Notes: generated from the sequence alone by a model not told the origin. Numbered from the stretch's first letter, positions 9,109-19,918 are shown. The stretch is 64,000 nt of DNA from a virus (IMGVR_UViG_3300020048_000055:32001-96000); one strand, 5' to 3'. Made by a program: numbers and translations.

Positions 9109-11343
9109 TTATCCAACTATTGTCCAACCTTTATCAGTTGCAATCAACCTATCTTCTGCTGTCAATAAGCTTGCTCCGTAATTTCCTGTAATTGTAATAG
9201 TTTGTGCAGTAACCGGAGAAAACAAATTATTAAAAATATCTACCAATGCACTCTTACTTAAATTACAACTTGCATATGAAATTGTAATTTTAGTGTTTAG
9301 TAAAGTTGCTTTCCCTAATGCAGTACAAGTATTAAACATCTGATAAAAGTTTGTACCTAAACTTGTATTAATAAGTGGAATCGTTTGTAAGGAAAAACAA
9401 CTCTTAAACATATAAGAAAAGTCTGTACATTTACTTGTATCAATAAGTGGAACCGTTTGTAATGACTTACAATTATAAAACATATAAGAAAAATCTGTAC
9501 CTAAACTTGTATCAAGAAGCGGAATCATTTGTAAGGAAGGACAATTATAAAACATCTGAGTAAAGTTTATACCTAAACTTGTATCGAGAAGTGGAATAGT
9601 TTGTAAGGCAGGACAACCATAAAACATCTGAGAAAAGTTTGTACCTAAACTTGTATCAATAAATGGAATCGTTCGTAATGAAAGACAACTACTAAACATA
9701 GCATAAAAGTTTATACCTAAAAGTGTATCAAGAAGTGGAATCGTTTGTAAGGCAGGACAACCATTAAACATAGAAGAAAAATCTGTACCTAAACTTGTAT
9801 TTAGAAGGGGAACCGTTTGTAATGCAGGACAACTACTAAACATATACGAAAAGTTTGTACCTAAACTTGTATCAAAAAGTGGAATCGTTTGTAAGGCAGT
9901 ACAACCAGAAAACATAGAAGAAAAGTCTGTACCTAAACTTGTATCCAGAAGTGGAATAGTTTGTAATGCTTTACAACTACCAAACATAGAATTAAAGTTT
10001 GTACCTTTACTTGTATCAATAAGTGGAATCGTTTGTAAGGCAGTACAATTATAAAACATCTGAAAAAAGTTTGTACCTAAACTTGTATTAAGAAGTGGAA
10101 TCGTTTGTAAGGAAAAACAATTAATAAACATACCAGAAAAGTATGTACCTAAACTTGTATCAAGAAGTGGAATCATTTGTAAGGCAGAACAATAAGAAAA
10201 CATAGAATAAAAATCTTTACCTTTACTTGTATTGAGAAGTGGGATAGTTTGTAAGACAGCACAACTACTAAACATAGTAGAAAAGTTTGTACCTAAATTT
10301 GTATTGAGAAGTGGAATCGTTTGTAAGGAAAAACAACTCTTAAACATCTGAGAAAAGGTTGTACCTTTACTTGTATCAATAAGTGGAACCGTTTGTAAGG
10401 AATTACAAGTATGAAACATAAAAGAAAAGTCGGTACCTAAACTTGTATTAAGGGGTGGAATCGTTTGTAATGAACTACAATTATAAAACATAGAAGAAAA
10501 GTTTGTACCTAAACTTGTATCAAGAAGTGGAATCGTTTGTAAGGCAGTACAACTACCAAACATAGAAGAAAAATCTGTACCTGAACTTGTATTTATGAGT
10601 GGAATAGCTTGTAAGGAATTACAAATATAAAACATATAAGAGAAGGTTGTACCTGAACTTGTATTTAGAAGTGGAAGCGTTTGTAATGAATTACAATTAT
10701 AAAACATAAAATAAAAATTGGTAATATTATTTAATCCTAGACTAAAAGATTCTAACAACTTTAAGTTTTGAACATTAAGTAGAGTAATTAAACTTCCATT
10801 TCCTGAAATATCCAAAAAGGAATTGTATTTACTTGGTGCTGAAGTATGAAAAACCCCTAAGTTTACTGAGGTCAAATTAAAAGTTTCTTGAGGTGTAATC
10901 GTAATTAATACCTGCTTATAACCTAATGTAGAAAGATTTCCACAAGTTGCATAGTCATATTTATGTTCAGCTTTCACCCCTGCTACAAAGTTTTCGGTAA
11001 CTCCATCGCCCCAATCCACGGAATAATCTCCTGAGATTGTAACTGCAACGAAATTTGAGTCATGATCATAAACTGGATAGAGACCGATTACTTTTTCCTC
11101 AGATTCCAAAATTGCAGGAATTGTCAACCAATCAGAGGGTCTTGAGTAAGGGGTAATATTATTAACAGTAGTTGTATATACGTCCAACCACTCAGCTTCT
11201 GTCCATTCTTTTGGAGCTGAACCATCGTCGAATTTCATAAGAGGAACATAGTCTCTCAAGATGTCAGAGGTTGTACCTAATTTTGCTTTCATCAGATTTT
11301 TCGTTTCAGTTAAATAATTCAATTTGTTCAATAATTCGCTCAT
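9109..11343 (-). CDS. BspA/DUF285-type LRR protein, paralog A (19 full 24-aa repeats)
   Basis: N-terminal LNYLTETKNLMK helix, RPSDWL, PKD-like VDWGDG...HKY, then repeats LQTIPLLDTSLGTxFxxMFxxCxx, then cap LGKATLLNTK...KGWTIVG. Confidence 0.9.
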   Translation of the reverse strand: MSELLNKLNYLTETKNLMKAKLGTTSDILRDYVPLMKFDDGSAPKEWTEAEWLDVYTTTVNNITPYSRPSDWLTIPAILESEEKVIGLYPVYDHDSNFVAVTISGDYSVDWGDGVTENFVAGVKAEHKYDYATCGNLSTLGYKQVLITITPQETFNLTSVNLGVFHTSAPSKYNSFLDISGNGSLITLLNVQNLKLLESFSLGLNNITNFYFMFYNCNSLQTLPLLNTSSGTTFSYMFYICNSLQAIPLINTSSGTDFSSMFGSCTALQTIPLLDTSLGTNFSSMFYNCSSLQTIPPLNTSLGTDFSFMFHTCNSLQTVPLIDTSKGTTFSQMFKSCFSLQTIPLLNTNLGTNFSTMFSSCAVLQTIPLLNTSKGKDFYSMFSYCSALQMIPLLDTSLGTYFSGMFINCFSLQTIPLLNTSLGTNFFQMFYNCTALQTIPLIDTSKGTNFNSMFGSCKALQTIPLLDTSLGTDFSSMFSGCTALQTIPLFDTSLGTNFSYMFSSCPALQTVPLLNTSLGTDFSSMFNGCPALQTIPLLDTLLGINFYAMFSSCLSLRTIPFIDTSLGTNFSQMFYGCPALQTIPLLDTSLGINFTQMFYNCPSLQMIPLLDTSLGTDFSYMFYNCKSLQTVPLIDTSKCTDFSYMFKSCFSLQTIPLINTSLGTNFYQMFNTCTALGKATLLNTKITISYASCNLSKSALVDIFNNLFSPVTAQTITITGNYGASLLTAEDRLIATDKGWTIVG
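9318..10720 (-). repeat. 72-bp coding tandem repeat array (LRR modules) of paralog A
   Basis: 72-nt period, e.g. 9723 to 9795. Confidence 0.9.
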
Positions 11344-11360
11344 TTGTAGCTTCCTTTATA

Positions 11361-12596
11361 TTACCAAGTAAGACCTAATAAATTACCGTACTTTTTATTT
11401 TCAACAGTAGGGGATTCATTAGCTTCATCATTATTAGTTGTACCAATTACATTATAGGTAACAACGTCCCCATTCAGGGAATACACCAAAATAGTTAGGT
11501 GGTATTCAGAAGAGGGAGTAAGTTCTTCAATTACACAGCCAGTTGTTTTGCAGTCAGTTACAACCATCTCTTTATGACCTGGTACTAAAATAACAATTTT
11601 ATTAAAGAACTGTTGGTCAGCAGGTTTCACTTTTAAGTTAACTCTTAGAGAAGTAGCAGAACCAAAAACCGGTACTGCTGAGTAGGAGTTTAATGTAACC
11701 TCAGAAGTATCAGAGAAATACCCCTTAACTATATCTATAGCGAAAGGACTTATCTCCAAACTCTTATTTTCTTTCAAGCCGTTTCTTTTAATAAACTCTG
11801 TAGAAAAAGGGTTGGACACCATATCAGAAAGGTTGTCTGTACTAGAACCGAAGTTCTTTTCACTTAAGAAGCCTAAGATAGCTTCCTCTGTAAGGGGTAC
11901 ATCATAACTATCATCTATATGATTATCATAATTGCTAAGTTTCTGTGGAAGTATTTCATCATCAATAGTTCTATCCATAAGTATTTGAGATGAGTGAACC
12001 TTTATCGTAAGCTGTATTGGAATTATACGTGACTTAGAAAGCCAATCTGCTTCATTATAGCTTGGATTATATTCTATAGTCTCGAAGGTAATAAATGTAG
12101 GAATGAGAAGTTGTTGTCTTCTCCAATTAACCGCATTATATAGCCAAGTAGGGGACTGAGGGTTTTGTTCCCAAGTAAGAATTTGTTGAGCCACCCGAGC
12201 GTCATCATCTCTTGCAAAAAAGCAAGTAGCTTTATATTCAGCTTCAACTTGCATTGAACGAATAAAGGTTCCGGTATTTACACAGTAGATACCATTAACC
12301 ATTTGACCTGCACCATTTCTGTTTTCATCTTCTTTCCAATTTGATTCTTGGTAAAAAGATATGAATGGCATATTCAAGGAAACGGGGGTTATGTCTACTG
12401 TATTTTCTTTTGTGGTATCAACCAGTTCCATTCTACGTCTAAAACACATATCATCTTTAGCGTAAACTATTCTTGTAAGGTCTTTTTGAAGAAGAACCTT
12501 AGCAAGATAATAGTTTATTGCAATTTTTGCTGAGAGGTGTATATTTACGAAAAGGTCGTGATTGTAATACTTTTCGTGCTGATATTCTATTGCCAC
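11361..12596 (-). CDS. T4 gp15-like tail terminator/neck protein with C-terminal FN3-like domain
   Basis: IVYAK...MPFISF...YKATCFFARDDDA..AQQIL resembles the gp15 family; C-terminal IEELTPSSEYHLTILVY is an FN3 signature; AAGGA RBS before GTG. Confidence 0.5.
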   Translation of the reverse strand: MAIEYQHEKYYNHDLFVNIHLSAKIAINYYLAKVLLQKDLTRIVYAKDDMCFRRRMELVDTTKENTVDITPVSLNMPFISFYQESNWKEDENRNGAGQMVNGIYCVNTGTFIRSMQVEAEYKATCFFARDDDARVAQQILTWEQNPQSPTWLYNAVNWRRQQLLIPTFITFETIEYNPSYNEADWLSKSRIIPIQLTIKVHSSQILMDRTIDDEILPQKLSNYDNHIDDSYDVPLTEEAILGFLSEKNFGSSTDNLSDMVSNPFSTEFIKRNGLKENKSLEISPFAIDIVKGYFSDTSEVTLNSYSAVPVFGSATSLRVNLKVKPADQQFFNKIVILVPGHKEMVVTDCKTTGCVIEELTPSSEYHLTILVYSLNGDVVTYNVIGTTNNDEANESPTVENKKYGNLLGLTW

Positions 12597-12608
12597 AATT
12601 AATTCCTT

Positions 12609-14696
12609 TTATCCAACGATTGTCCAACCCTTTCCAGTTGCAATTAATCTGTCCTCTGCGGTTAATAAAGATGCTTCATAGTTTCCCGTAATCGTAATAG
12701 TCTGACCAGTCACTGTTGCTAAATTAGTAAAAATATCAACCAATGCACTCTTACTTAAATTACAACTTGCATATGAAATTGTTGTTTTCGTGTTTAGTAA
12801 AGTAGCTTTTCCTAAAGAAATACAACCAAAAAACATAGAAGAAAAATTTGTACCTTTACTTGTATCAAGAAGCGGAATCGTTTGTAATGAAGAACAATAA
12901 ACAAACATACCAGTAAAATTTGTACCTTTACTTGCATCAATAGGAGGAATAGTTTGTAAAGAAGTACAACCATTAAACATATAAGAAAAGTTTGTACTAT
13001 TGCTCGTATCAAAAAGTGGAATTGTTTGTAAGGAAGAACAATTATAAAACATACCCGAAAAGTTTGTACCTAAACTTGTATCGAGAAGTGGAATCTTTTG
13101 TAAGGAAAAACAACCATTAAACATAGAATTAAAGTCCGTACCTAAACTTGTATCAAGAAGGGGAACCGTTTGTAATGAAGAACAACCATTAAGCATCTCT
13201 AAAAAACTTATTCCTTTGCTTGTATTTAGAAGTGGAATCGTTTTTAATGAAGAACAAGATTGAAAAATAGCAGTAAAATTGGTACCTAAACTTGTATCAA
13301 GAAGTGGAATAGTTTGTAAGGAATTACAACTCTGAAACATAGCAGAAAAGTTTGTACCTAAACTTGTATCAAGAAGGGGAATCGTTTGTAAGGCAGGACA
13401 ACCATTAAACATAGCAGAAAAGTCGGTACCTTTACTTGTATCAATAAGTGGAATCGTTTGTAAGGAAGCACAACCATAAAACATATAAGAAAAGTTTGTA
13501 CATTTACTTGTATTGATTAGAGGTATCTTTTGTAAGGCAGTGCAAATATAAAACATACCAGTAAAATTTGTACCTAAACTGGTATCAGTAAGTGGAATCG
13601 TTTGTAAGGAACGACAACTACTAAACATCTGAGAAAAGCTTGTACCTTTACTTGTATCGAGAAGTGGAAACGTTTGTAATGTAGTACAACTACTAAACAT
13701 ACCAGAAAAGTCTGTACCTAAACTTGTATTAAGAATTGGAACCGTTGGTAAGGCAGTACAACCATTAAACATATAAGAAAAGTCTGTACCTAAACTGGTA
13801 TCAATATGTGGAATCGTTTTTAATGAAGAACAATATTGAAAAATAGCAGTAAAATTGGTACCTAAACTTGTATCAATAAGTGGAATAGTTTGTAATGAAG
13901 AACAACCATTAAACATACCCAAAAAGTTATTACCTGAACTTGTATTAATAAGTGGAATCGTTTGTAAGGAAGTACAACTATTAAACATAGAAGTAAAGTT
14001 TGTACCTAAGGTTGTATCAAGAAGTGGAATCGTTTGTAAGGAATTACAAGCCTGAAACATCTGAGAAAAATTTATAATATTATTTAGTCCTAGACTAAAA
14101 GATTCTAACAACTTTAAGTTTTTAACAATAAGTAGAGTAATTAAACTGCCATTTCCTGAAATATCCAAAAAGGAATTAGATTTACTTGGTGCTGAAGTAT
14201 GAAAAACCCCTAAGTTTACTGAGGTCAAATTAAAAGTATCTTGAGGAGTAATCGTAATTAAAACCTGCTTGTAACCTAATGTTGACAGATTCGAGCAAGT
14301 TGTATAGTCATAACTATGTTCAGCTTTAATTCCTGCTACGAAGTTTTCAGTAACACCATCTCCCCAGTCTACGGAATAATCTCCTGATATTGTAACTGCA
14401 ACAAAATTTGAGTCATGGTCATAAATTGGATAGAGACCGATTACTTTTTCCTCAGACTCTAGAATTGCAGGAATTGTCAACCAGTCTGAGGGTCTTGAGT
14501 AAGGGGTAATATTATTAACAGTAGTTGTATATACGTCCAACCACTCAGCTTCTGTCCATTCTTTTGGAGCGGAACCGTCATCATATTTCATGAGAGGAAC
14601 GTAGTCTCTCAAGATGTCAGAGGTTGTACCTAATTTTGCTTTCATCAGATTTTTCGTTTCAGTTAAATAATTCAATTTGTTCAGTAGTTCGCTCAT
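12609..14696 (-). CDS. BspA/DUF285-type LRR protein, paralog B (17 full repeats)
   Basis: N-terminus nearly identical to paralog A; identical 5' flank TAATATAAAGGAAGCTACAA-ATG. Confidence 0.9.
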   Translation of the reverse strand: MSELLNKLNYLTETKNLMKAKLGTTSDILRDYVPLMKYDDGSAPKEWTEAEWLDVYTTTVNNITPYSRPSDWLTIPAILESEEKVIGLYPIYDHDSNFVAVTISGDYSVDWGDGVTENFVAGIKAEHSYDYTTCSNLSTLGYKQVLITITPQDTFNLTSVNLGVFHTSAPSKSNSFLDISGNGSLITLLIVKNLKLLESFSLGLNNIINFSQMFQACNSLQTIPLLDTTLGTNFTSMFNSCTSLQTIPLINTSSGNNFLGMFNGCSSLQTIPLIDTSLGTNFTAIFQYCSSLKTIPHIDTSLGTDFSYMFNGCTALPTVPILNTSLGTDFSGMFSSCTTLQTFPLLDTSKGTSFSQMFSSCRSLQTIPLTDTSLGTNFTGMFYICTALQKIPLINTSKCTNFSYMFYGCASLQTIPLIDTSKGTDFSAMFNGCPALQTIPLLDTSLGTNFSAMFQSCNSLQTIPLLDTSLGTNFTAIFQSCSSLKTIPLLNTSKGISFLEMLNGCSSLQTVPLLDTSLGTDFNSMFNGCFSLQKIPLLDTSLGTNFSGMFYNCSSLQTIPLFDTSNSTNFSYMFNGCTSLQTIPPIDASKGTNFTGMFVYCSSLQTIPLLDTSKGTNFSSMFFGCISLGKATLLNTKTTISYASCNLSKSALVDIFTNLATVTGQTITITGNYEASLLTAEDRLIATGKGWTIVG

Positions 14697-14713
14697 TTGT
14701 AGCTTCCTTTATA

Positions 14714-15226
14714 TTATTGAGTTGTTAAAGAGCCTTCTATAGAAAGAAGACCTGTTGCAGTATCTATTTTACATTCTTTAAACTTGGTATTTGTTATTAT
14801 GTTAATCTTAGTATAGACGTAGGTTGCATCTTCAAGAACGGCTTCTTTTTGAATATCTGAGCCTATCCAAAGGGACACTTTATATTGGAAGGAAAAGTCA
14901 AAAATAGGGGTAGTTCCTACGATCTTTGAGTTTATAGTTCCGTCAATTCGGGTATAAGCACTTGAATTTCCTAACAATTCTATTAATCCTGCTTCGATTA
15001 AAGGAACCAAAGTATTAGTAATTGTTAGTATACCCTGAGAAAAGCGTTGTCCGAGGTCTATAAATCCGTCATAGTTTCCAGTCTCAAACTTTATTACTAT
15101 GGGGTCTGTAGTTTTTATGGCATTTACTTCTGAGCTATCTGCAATGGAGGATTCAGTTCCGTCACTTAATTCCAGTTGTACTTGATCATCCATTTTTGTA
15201 TCAATCTGTTCCACTTCGTTTTCCAT
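14714..15226 (-). CDS. Hypothetical protein (probable start MENEVEQ at 15226)
   Basis: AGAGGAAA RBS before ATG 15226; late-type motif at 15261-15270. Confidence 0.65.
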   Translation of the reverse strand: MENEVEQIDTKMDDQVQLELSDGTESSIADSSEVNAIKTTDPIVIKFETGNYDGFIDLGQRFSQGILTITNTLVPLIEAGLIELLGNSSAYTRIDGTINSKIVGTTPIFDFSFQYKVSLWIGSDIQKEAVLEDATYVYTKINIITNTKFKECKIDTATGLLSIEGSLTTQ

Positions 15227-15294
15227 TATGTTTCCTCTTAAAAATGTTAATATATATAATAAGTTAGTTGTAAACATTAAGGATTATAAAGATT

Positions 15295-15663
15295 ATGAGT
15301 TTAAGGAAAAAGCTTTCAAGAACACAGTTTAGGGCAGATAAGATGTCCAAACGGGGTACGGGAATATTTGTAGAAACTACAAATAATATGATGTTAATTG
15401 GGGAATGTAGTTGTGGAGCGTATTTATATCATTATATAAAATCCGAACCTAACAATATATTCAATGTGTATTGTGCAAATCCTGATTGCGATATACAGGA
15501 TGCACGACAACCAAATCCAAAATCTTTCTTTTACACGGATGAAGAATTGACAAATGCTAAGGAAATAGTACTTTTCATTCAGAAAGCCCACAACAAGAAA
15601 GAATACACGGAAGAAGAACTTGCAAGTATCCCACTCCTATATGGGGTACCAAGTGGCAAGTAA
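15295..15663 (+). CDS. Zinc-finger hypothetical protein
   Basis: CSCG and CANPDC cysteine pairs. Confidence 0.6.
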   Translation: MSLRKKLSRTQFRADKMSKRGTGIFVETTNNMMLIGECSCGAYLYHYIKSEPNNIFNVYCANPDCDIQDARQPNPKSFFYTDEELTNAKEIVLFIQKAHNKKEYTEEELASIPLLYGVPSGK

Positions 15664-16477
15664 AAAGTTTTCATATTCTAGGATTGGTTGTTTTGAGGAA
15701 TGTAAACAAAAGTATCATCTTAGATATGTAAAGGGTATTGTAGTTGACCCTGCTACACAAGTGTTGTCAGACGTTACTGCAAAAGGACTTGCTTTCCATG
15801 AGTTTGCAGAACACTATGAAACTTCTTGGGATGAAGAACGCATAAATAAAGAGATGCGCTCCTACGAAGAACAATATAAAGAAGGTGCCGCTTATTTTCC
15901 GTTGGATGACAAGGTAAGAAAGCTCATTGATTTCTACAAAGTAATTGTTGAACCTTTTACTAAGACTGGAAAAGTGGAAAAAGAAACTTGGCTTAATGGA
16001 ATAATTAAGGGTGAAGCTTTCTGCGGTGCAATCGATTTGCTTATAACTCATGGTGATGGAACATATCATATCATTGATTATAAATCTGCAAAGACTGCAA
16101 CTGCATCCAATTACAAAGGTCAGCTTTTACTGTACGCATATATGCTTGCCATGGAAAAAGAAATTCCTATGGAAAACATAGATAAAAAAATTACACTTTC
16201 TGTATTTTTCCCTTTTTGCAAAGAAGAAACCTACAAGAAATGTCTTAAGTCTATAAAGTATACCTCTCAGGACGTATTGGATAATTTGGAAAAAATTACT
16301 TCAAGCGTAGATAAGATTAATACAAAAGACTGGTCAACCCACAATTCACTCGATGTAAGTCCTACCTCAACTTGTAGTTGGTGTGATTATATCGGACACC
16401 CTGAATATTGTCCTATAATGTACAAAGCAGGATGGAGAGTAAAACGTGGAACTAAGTTTATACTAAAGGATAAATAA
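15653..16477 (+). CDS. PD-(D/E)XK Cas4/AddB-like exonuclease with 4-Cys cluster
   Basis: FSYSR..FEEC...Y, G..FH, GAIDLL, IIDYKS, QLLLY, C-terminal CSWC-x8-C; probable GTG start at 15653. Confidence 0.85.
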   Translation: MASKKFSYSRIGCFEECKQKYHLRYVKGIVVDPATQVLSDVTAKGLAFHEFAEHYETSWDEERINKEMRSYEEQYKEGAAYFPLDDKVRKLIDFYKVIVEPFTKTGKVEKETWLNGIIKGEAFCGAIDLLITHGDGTYHIIDYKSAKTATASNYKGQLLLYAYMLAMEKEIPMENIDKKITLSVFFPFCKEETYKKCLKSIKYTSQDVLDNLEKITSSVDKINTKDWSTHNSLDVSPTSTCSWCDYIGHPEYCPIMYKAGWRVKRGTKFILKDK

Positions 16478-16479
16478 TT

Positions 16480-16833
16480 ATGGAAGATAAGTTTACGATA
16501 AAGCCAATAACTGCTATTCAATTAAAAAACAGTTACGAAAAGAATGGGGAATCTCCTTTTGTAGGAGGAATTATAATGATTACAACTCCTACCTGTACAA
16601 AATGCAAAGCAATTTTGAAAGATGAAGAAAAACTTAGGGAGCTTCTCCCCATTGGAATGTTCCTCTATGAATACAATGATGAAGAAGATGGGATGAAAGT
16701 TCTGATGGATATGAAACTTTCCAGTGTACCTATTATGCTGTATGTAAACACGTTTGATGATCTTAGACACTTCAGAACAATTTCTAACATCAAGGATTTG
16801 GAAAACTTTTTAGTTTCTCTCGATTCCTTGTGA
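16480..16833 (+). CDS. Thioredoxin-like protein
   Basis: TPTCTKCK CxxC motif and SVP cis-Pro motif. Confidence 0.7.
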   Translation: MEDKFTIKPITAIQLKNSYEKNGESPFVGGIIMITTPTCTKCKAILKDEEKLRELLPIGMFLYEYNDEEDGMKVLMDMKLSSVPIMLYVNTFDDLRHFRTISNIKDLENFLVSLDSL

Positions 16834-16861
16834 GTGTACTAATTAATTATAGGAGACACAT

Positions 16862-16993
16862 ATGAATGAAATTACTTTAGACGGAGTACCTGTAAGTGTA
16901 CAGCAATTGAATGAAGCGAAGTCTAACCCTACTGTTAGAATAGTAGAAGACTCACCCGGTGTTTTTAAGACATTGAAAAGGCTTCAGGGTTAA
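16862..16993 (+). CDS. Small 43-aa protein, possibly a head component
   Basis: Not in track. AGGAG RBS; MNEITLDGVPVSVQQLNEAKSNPTVRIVEDSPGVFKTLKRLQG; late-type motif at 16837. Confidence 0.65.
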   Translation: MNEITLDGVPVSVQQLNEAKSNPTVRIVEDSPGVFKTLKRLQG

Positions 16994-16999
16994 AAAATA

Positions 17000-17956
17000 A
17001 TGCTATATTCAACAATACTAATCGATGTATTCAACCTTATTCACAAAAAAAAAGAAAAAGAAACTGATGCGAAGAATATAGCTAACTCGGTTATTGACTT
17101 TATTGAGACAGTAATAAAGCCTAAACTAGAGAACACTGAATCCAAACTCTATTTACTTTTCGACCCGATGCCAGTAAGTGACTTAAATATTTCAAATCAA
17201 TTTAGAACTTTCACTACTACGAGAAACACAATTAAGTCTACTTACAAAGCTAAAAGGGAAAAAGACCCAATAATTATTGAAGTTGCAGATTTTCTCTTGA
17301 AATACTTTTCTTATAGAGACCCTGCCTATTATTTGGTAATATCTGAAAAACATGAAGCGGATGATTTTGTAGAGTCACTTGTAAAAGATTCAGGTAAAAC
17401 ATTACTTATAAGCTCAGACTTTGATTGGGCGAGATATCTTTCCTCAGAAGTGAGCATGTCAACTGGTGATATAAATCAACCATTTACTACCTCAGATTTT
17501 ATTGAGAAGTTTGGGTACTTACCTTCCATTAAAAATGTTACGGTAAACAAAGCACTCTTCGGAGACCCCTCGGATAATATTGATGGACTTTTTTCCAGTA
17601 AGTTTAAGTATAAAGAACTCGGTGAACAAGCTATGGCTTTTATCTCAAAAACAGATGAAAACTTAAATGATTTTGTTGGAAGGATTAAGGCATACACATT
17701 TAAGCAATTATTTGAGCTTAAAGTTAGAAATCCTGAGGAAGAGCTTTTCTATCAAATAAATTGTTTTGAAAAAAAGAACTTAACAACTCAATTTTTCTTA
17801 AACATTGCGTTAGTAAGAAGCTTATGTTCCGATGCTAATAAGTTTGTAAAACACTTTTCAAAAAGAGACAATGGTTTCTGTACTCTAATTGATAAGACCC
17901 TTTCTAGGGGAGAATCAAAAAAGAATACATTTAGGTTCGGAAAAGTAAAGATTTAA
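17000..17956 (+). CDS. rnh: T4 RNase H / FEN-like 5'-3' exonuclease
   Basis: LIDVFN, LLFD, YKAKR, EADD, SSDFD, GDPSDNIDG motifs. Confidence 0.85.
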   Translation: MLYSTILIDVFNLIHKKKEKETDAKNIANSVIDFIETVIKPKLENTESKLYLLFDPMPVSDLNISNQFRTFTTTRNTIKSTYKAKREKDPIIIEVADFLLKYFSYRDPAYYLVISEKHEADDFVESLVKDSGKTLLISSDFDWARYLSSEVSMSTGDINQPFTTSDFIEKFGYLPSIKNVTVNKALFGDPSDNIDGLFSSKFKYKELGEQAMAFISKTDENLNDFVGRIKAYTFKQLFELKVRNPEEELFYQINCFEKKNLTTQFFLNIALVRSLCSDANKFVKHFSKRDNGFCTLIDKTLSRGESKKNTFRFGKVKI

Positions 17957-18002
17957 TGGGATTTATGTTAATATATTATTAACTACTATGGAGGTTATTA
18001 AA

Positions 18003-18314
18003 ATGAGTACAAAAATAAGTTCAGGTAAAGTCACTCTTATCAAACATTCGGAAGAAGATATAGTAAAGCTATGCCAAAGTTTATCTGGGGATATCCTTTC
18101 TTCAGTATTGAAAAAATATAAAGAGTCCAATAAAACCATAGATATGTATGGGATGTTATCCGACACCTATGCAGATATAATTGGATTGTGCTCAAAAATG
18201 ATGAATGAAGATAATATCCTTTTTAATGAATCTTCCTTTTTTAGTGCATTATCCAGCAGGTTAGCCAGTAAGAAAACCCCTGTAACAAGGAGTTTCCCTA
18301 AAGATGGCATCTAA
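18003..18314 (+). CDS. Hypothetical protein
   Basis: GGAGG RBS before ATG 18003; overlaps next gene. Confidence 0.6.
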   Translation: MSTKISSGKVTLIKHSEEDIVKLCQSLSGDILSSVLKKYKESNKTIDMYGMLSDTYADIIGLCSKMMNEDNILFNESSFFSALSSRLASKKTPVTRSFPKDGI

Positions 18315-19323
18315 TTTATATGTAATGAGTGATGTACAGTTTCAAGCCTTGAATGGTTGGAACTATGAAATAGGAAATAAGTTTTTAGATTGGTTTGAGA
18401 CTTTAGAAGTAAAGCCTAATTCTTACTTTATACAGCTTGGAGACATGACAGAAAAAGATACAAATCCTGGTGATGTTGTACGGCAACTGGAAAGATTCTT
18501 TTCAATCTGTGCAAAGAAGTTTGTGAAGTCATATATCCTTGTAGGAAATCATGATATGAAACTTTATCATGGTAAGGTACAAATCTCCTTTGCTTTTGCC
18601 GAAGAAAAAGATAAAATTGAAGTAGTACGAGACCTTTCAAACATTGAGATTGATGGAATGAATATTCTGGCAATGCCTCATGTAAGGGTTAGGGGAAAAA
18701 CTCTCCATGAGTTTTATAATAAGAAAACCCCTGAGGAATACTTAAGCCTAATTAAAAATGGAAAAACCAAGTTTGACCTCGCTGTAGGGCATTGGCAGAA
18801 GCAGGGAGCAGAAGGTTCCCCAGAATGGATTAGGGACGGAGTAAGCACTGATAATCTTCCAGTAAACAAGTTTATGTTGGGTCATATTCATAATAGACCG
18901 GATACTGATTATCTGGGTTCAGTATGGCCCCTTAAGGTTTCAGAAGAGTTTAGTGAGTTTGGTAGGGTAATTGGATTAGTAACGAAGACTGACAAAATAG
19001 AATATTCTGAAATAGAAATTCCAAGGTTTTGTAAGTATGATACTATCACATATCCCGAGCCATTTGTAAAACCCTTAGATACTTTAGTTCATGTATATAC
19101 TGTTGAAGGTTGTAAAAATATTGGTATAGCCCAAGAGTTTTATAAAGATGTGTATATTCGGTCTACAGGTAACAATAAAAAAGAAGAGGAAGAAACAATA
19201 TCCTCTGAGGAAGACTTCCTCTTTACGGATTACTTAGATGCCTTTAACAAGTACTGTGCAGAAAAGAAACCTAAGCTAAATAGAAATGTTTTAAAAATAA
19301 TTACAAATCACTTGAAAATATAA
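18304..19323 (+). CDS. Mre11/SbcD (T4 gp47-like) metallophosphoesterase nuclease
   Basis: SD.Q, LGD, VGNHD, GH, GHIH, YLGS motifs. Confidence 0.85.
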   Translation: MASNLYVMSDVQFQALNGWNYEIGNKFLDWFETLEVKPNSYFIQLGDMTEKDTNPGDVVRQLERFFSICAKKFVKSYILVGNHDMKLYHGKVQISFAFAEEKDKIEVVRDLSNIEIDGMNILAMPHVRVRGKTLHEFYNKKTPEEYLSLIKNGKTKFDLAVGHWQKQGAEGSPEWIRDGVSTDNLPVNKFMLGHIHNRPDTDYLGSVWPLKVSEEFSEFGRVIGLVTKTDKIEYSEIEIPRFCKYDTITYPEPFVKPLDTLVHVYTVEGCKNIGIAQEFYKDVYIRSTGNNKKEEEETISSEEDFLFTDYLDAFNKYCAEKKPKLNRNVLKIITNHLKI

Positions 19324-19327
19324 TTGA

Positions 19328-19918
19328 ATGACTAATCTTATAACTGAGGTTAGTCATTTGAGTTATAATGAACAGATAATAAATACGATGGTAAAAAAAT
19401 CATTTGCACTTGATGGGGGATTTGGGTTTAAGATATCCGATCCTCCAAAGTCTGCGGCAATGAATGTTCAAAAGAATCCATTTGATGGATTTGGTGTTAT
19501 TAATACCACTCTTATAAAAGATGAAACTTATAAAAAGTTTACAAGCAACTTTATCCCCTTTTACTGGGAAGCAAAGTTTATGAAAGAGGTTTCTGCTTTC
19601 GCTCTTAAACGAATTGAAATACATCAAGCCTACTACTTAAATAACACCTTAAAACTTCCAGAAACTTTCTCTATAGTACCTCTTGGGATATACGCCAAGC
19701 GTGGAGAAGTTAGAATCTATCTGTTTGAATGGGAAGCTCTTTCTCAACTCTATGAGAATGGTTTTTCTATTCATAAGAAGTTTTTAGAAAAGTTACCTTT
19801 TAATAAAGTTGTATTAAAAGAAGGTTTATTCTCAATAGACCACATTATAACTAAAAAAACATTACTCGATTTATACGGGTATGATATTTACATGGAGAAG
19901 AAAAATGCCACGGATTAA
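19328..19918 (+). CDS. RecU-like Holliday junction resolvase
   Basis: PFDGFG...WEAK...IEIHQ..YL matches the RecU-type D..G / EAK / HQ pattern. Confidence 0.6.
   Translation: MTNLITEVSHLSYNEQIINTMVKKSFALDGGFGFKISDPPKSAAMNVQKNPFDGFGVINTTLIKDETYKKFTSNFIPFYWEAKFMKEVSAFALKRIEIHQAYYLNNTLKLPETFSIVPLGIYAKRGEVRIYLFEWEALSQLYENGFSIHKKFLEKLPFNKVVLKEGLFSIDHIITKKTLLDLYGYDIYMEKKNATD

Noticed and set aside
9318-14080. CRISPR array (regular repeats near a Cas4-like gene)
   Set aside because: The repeats are in-frame 72-bp coding units with no unique spacers, and no other cas genes are present.
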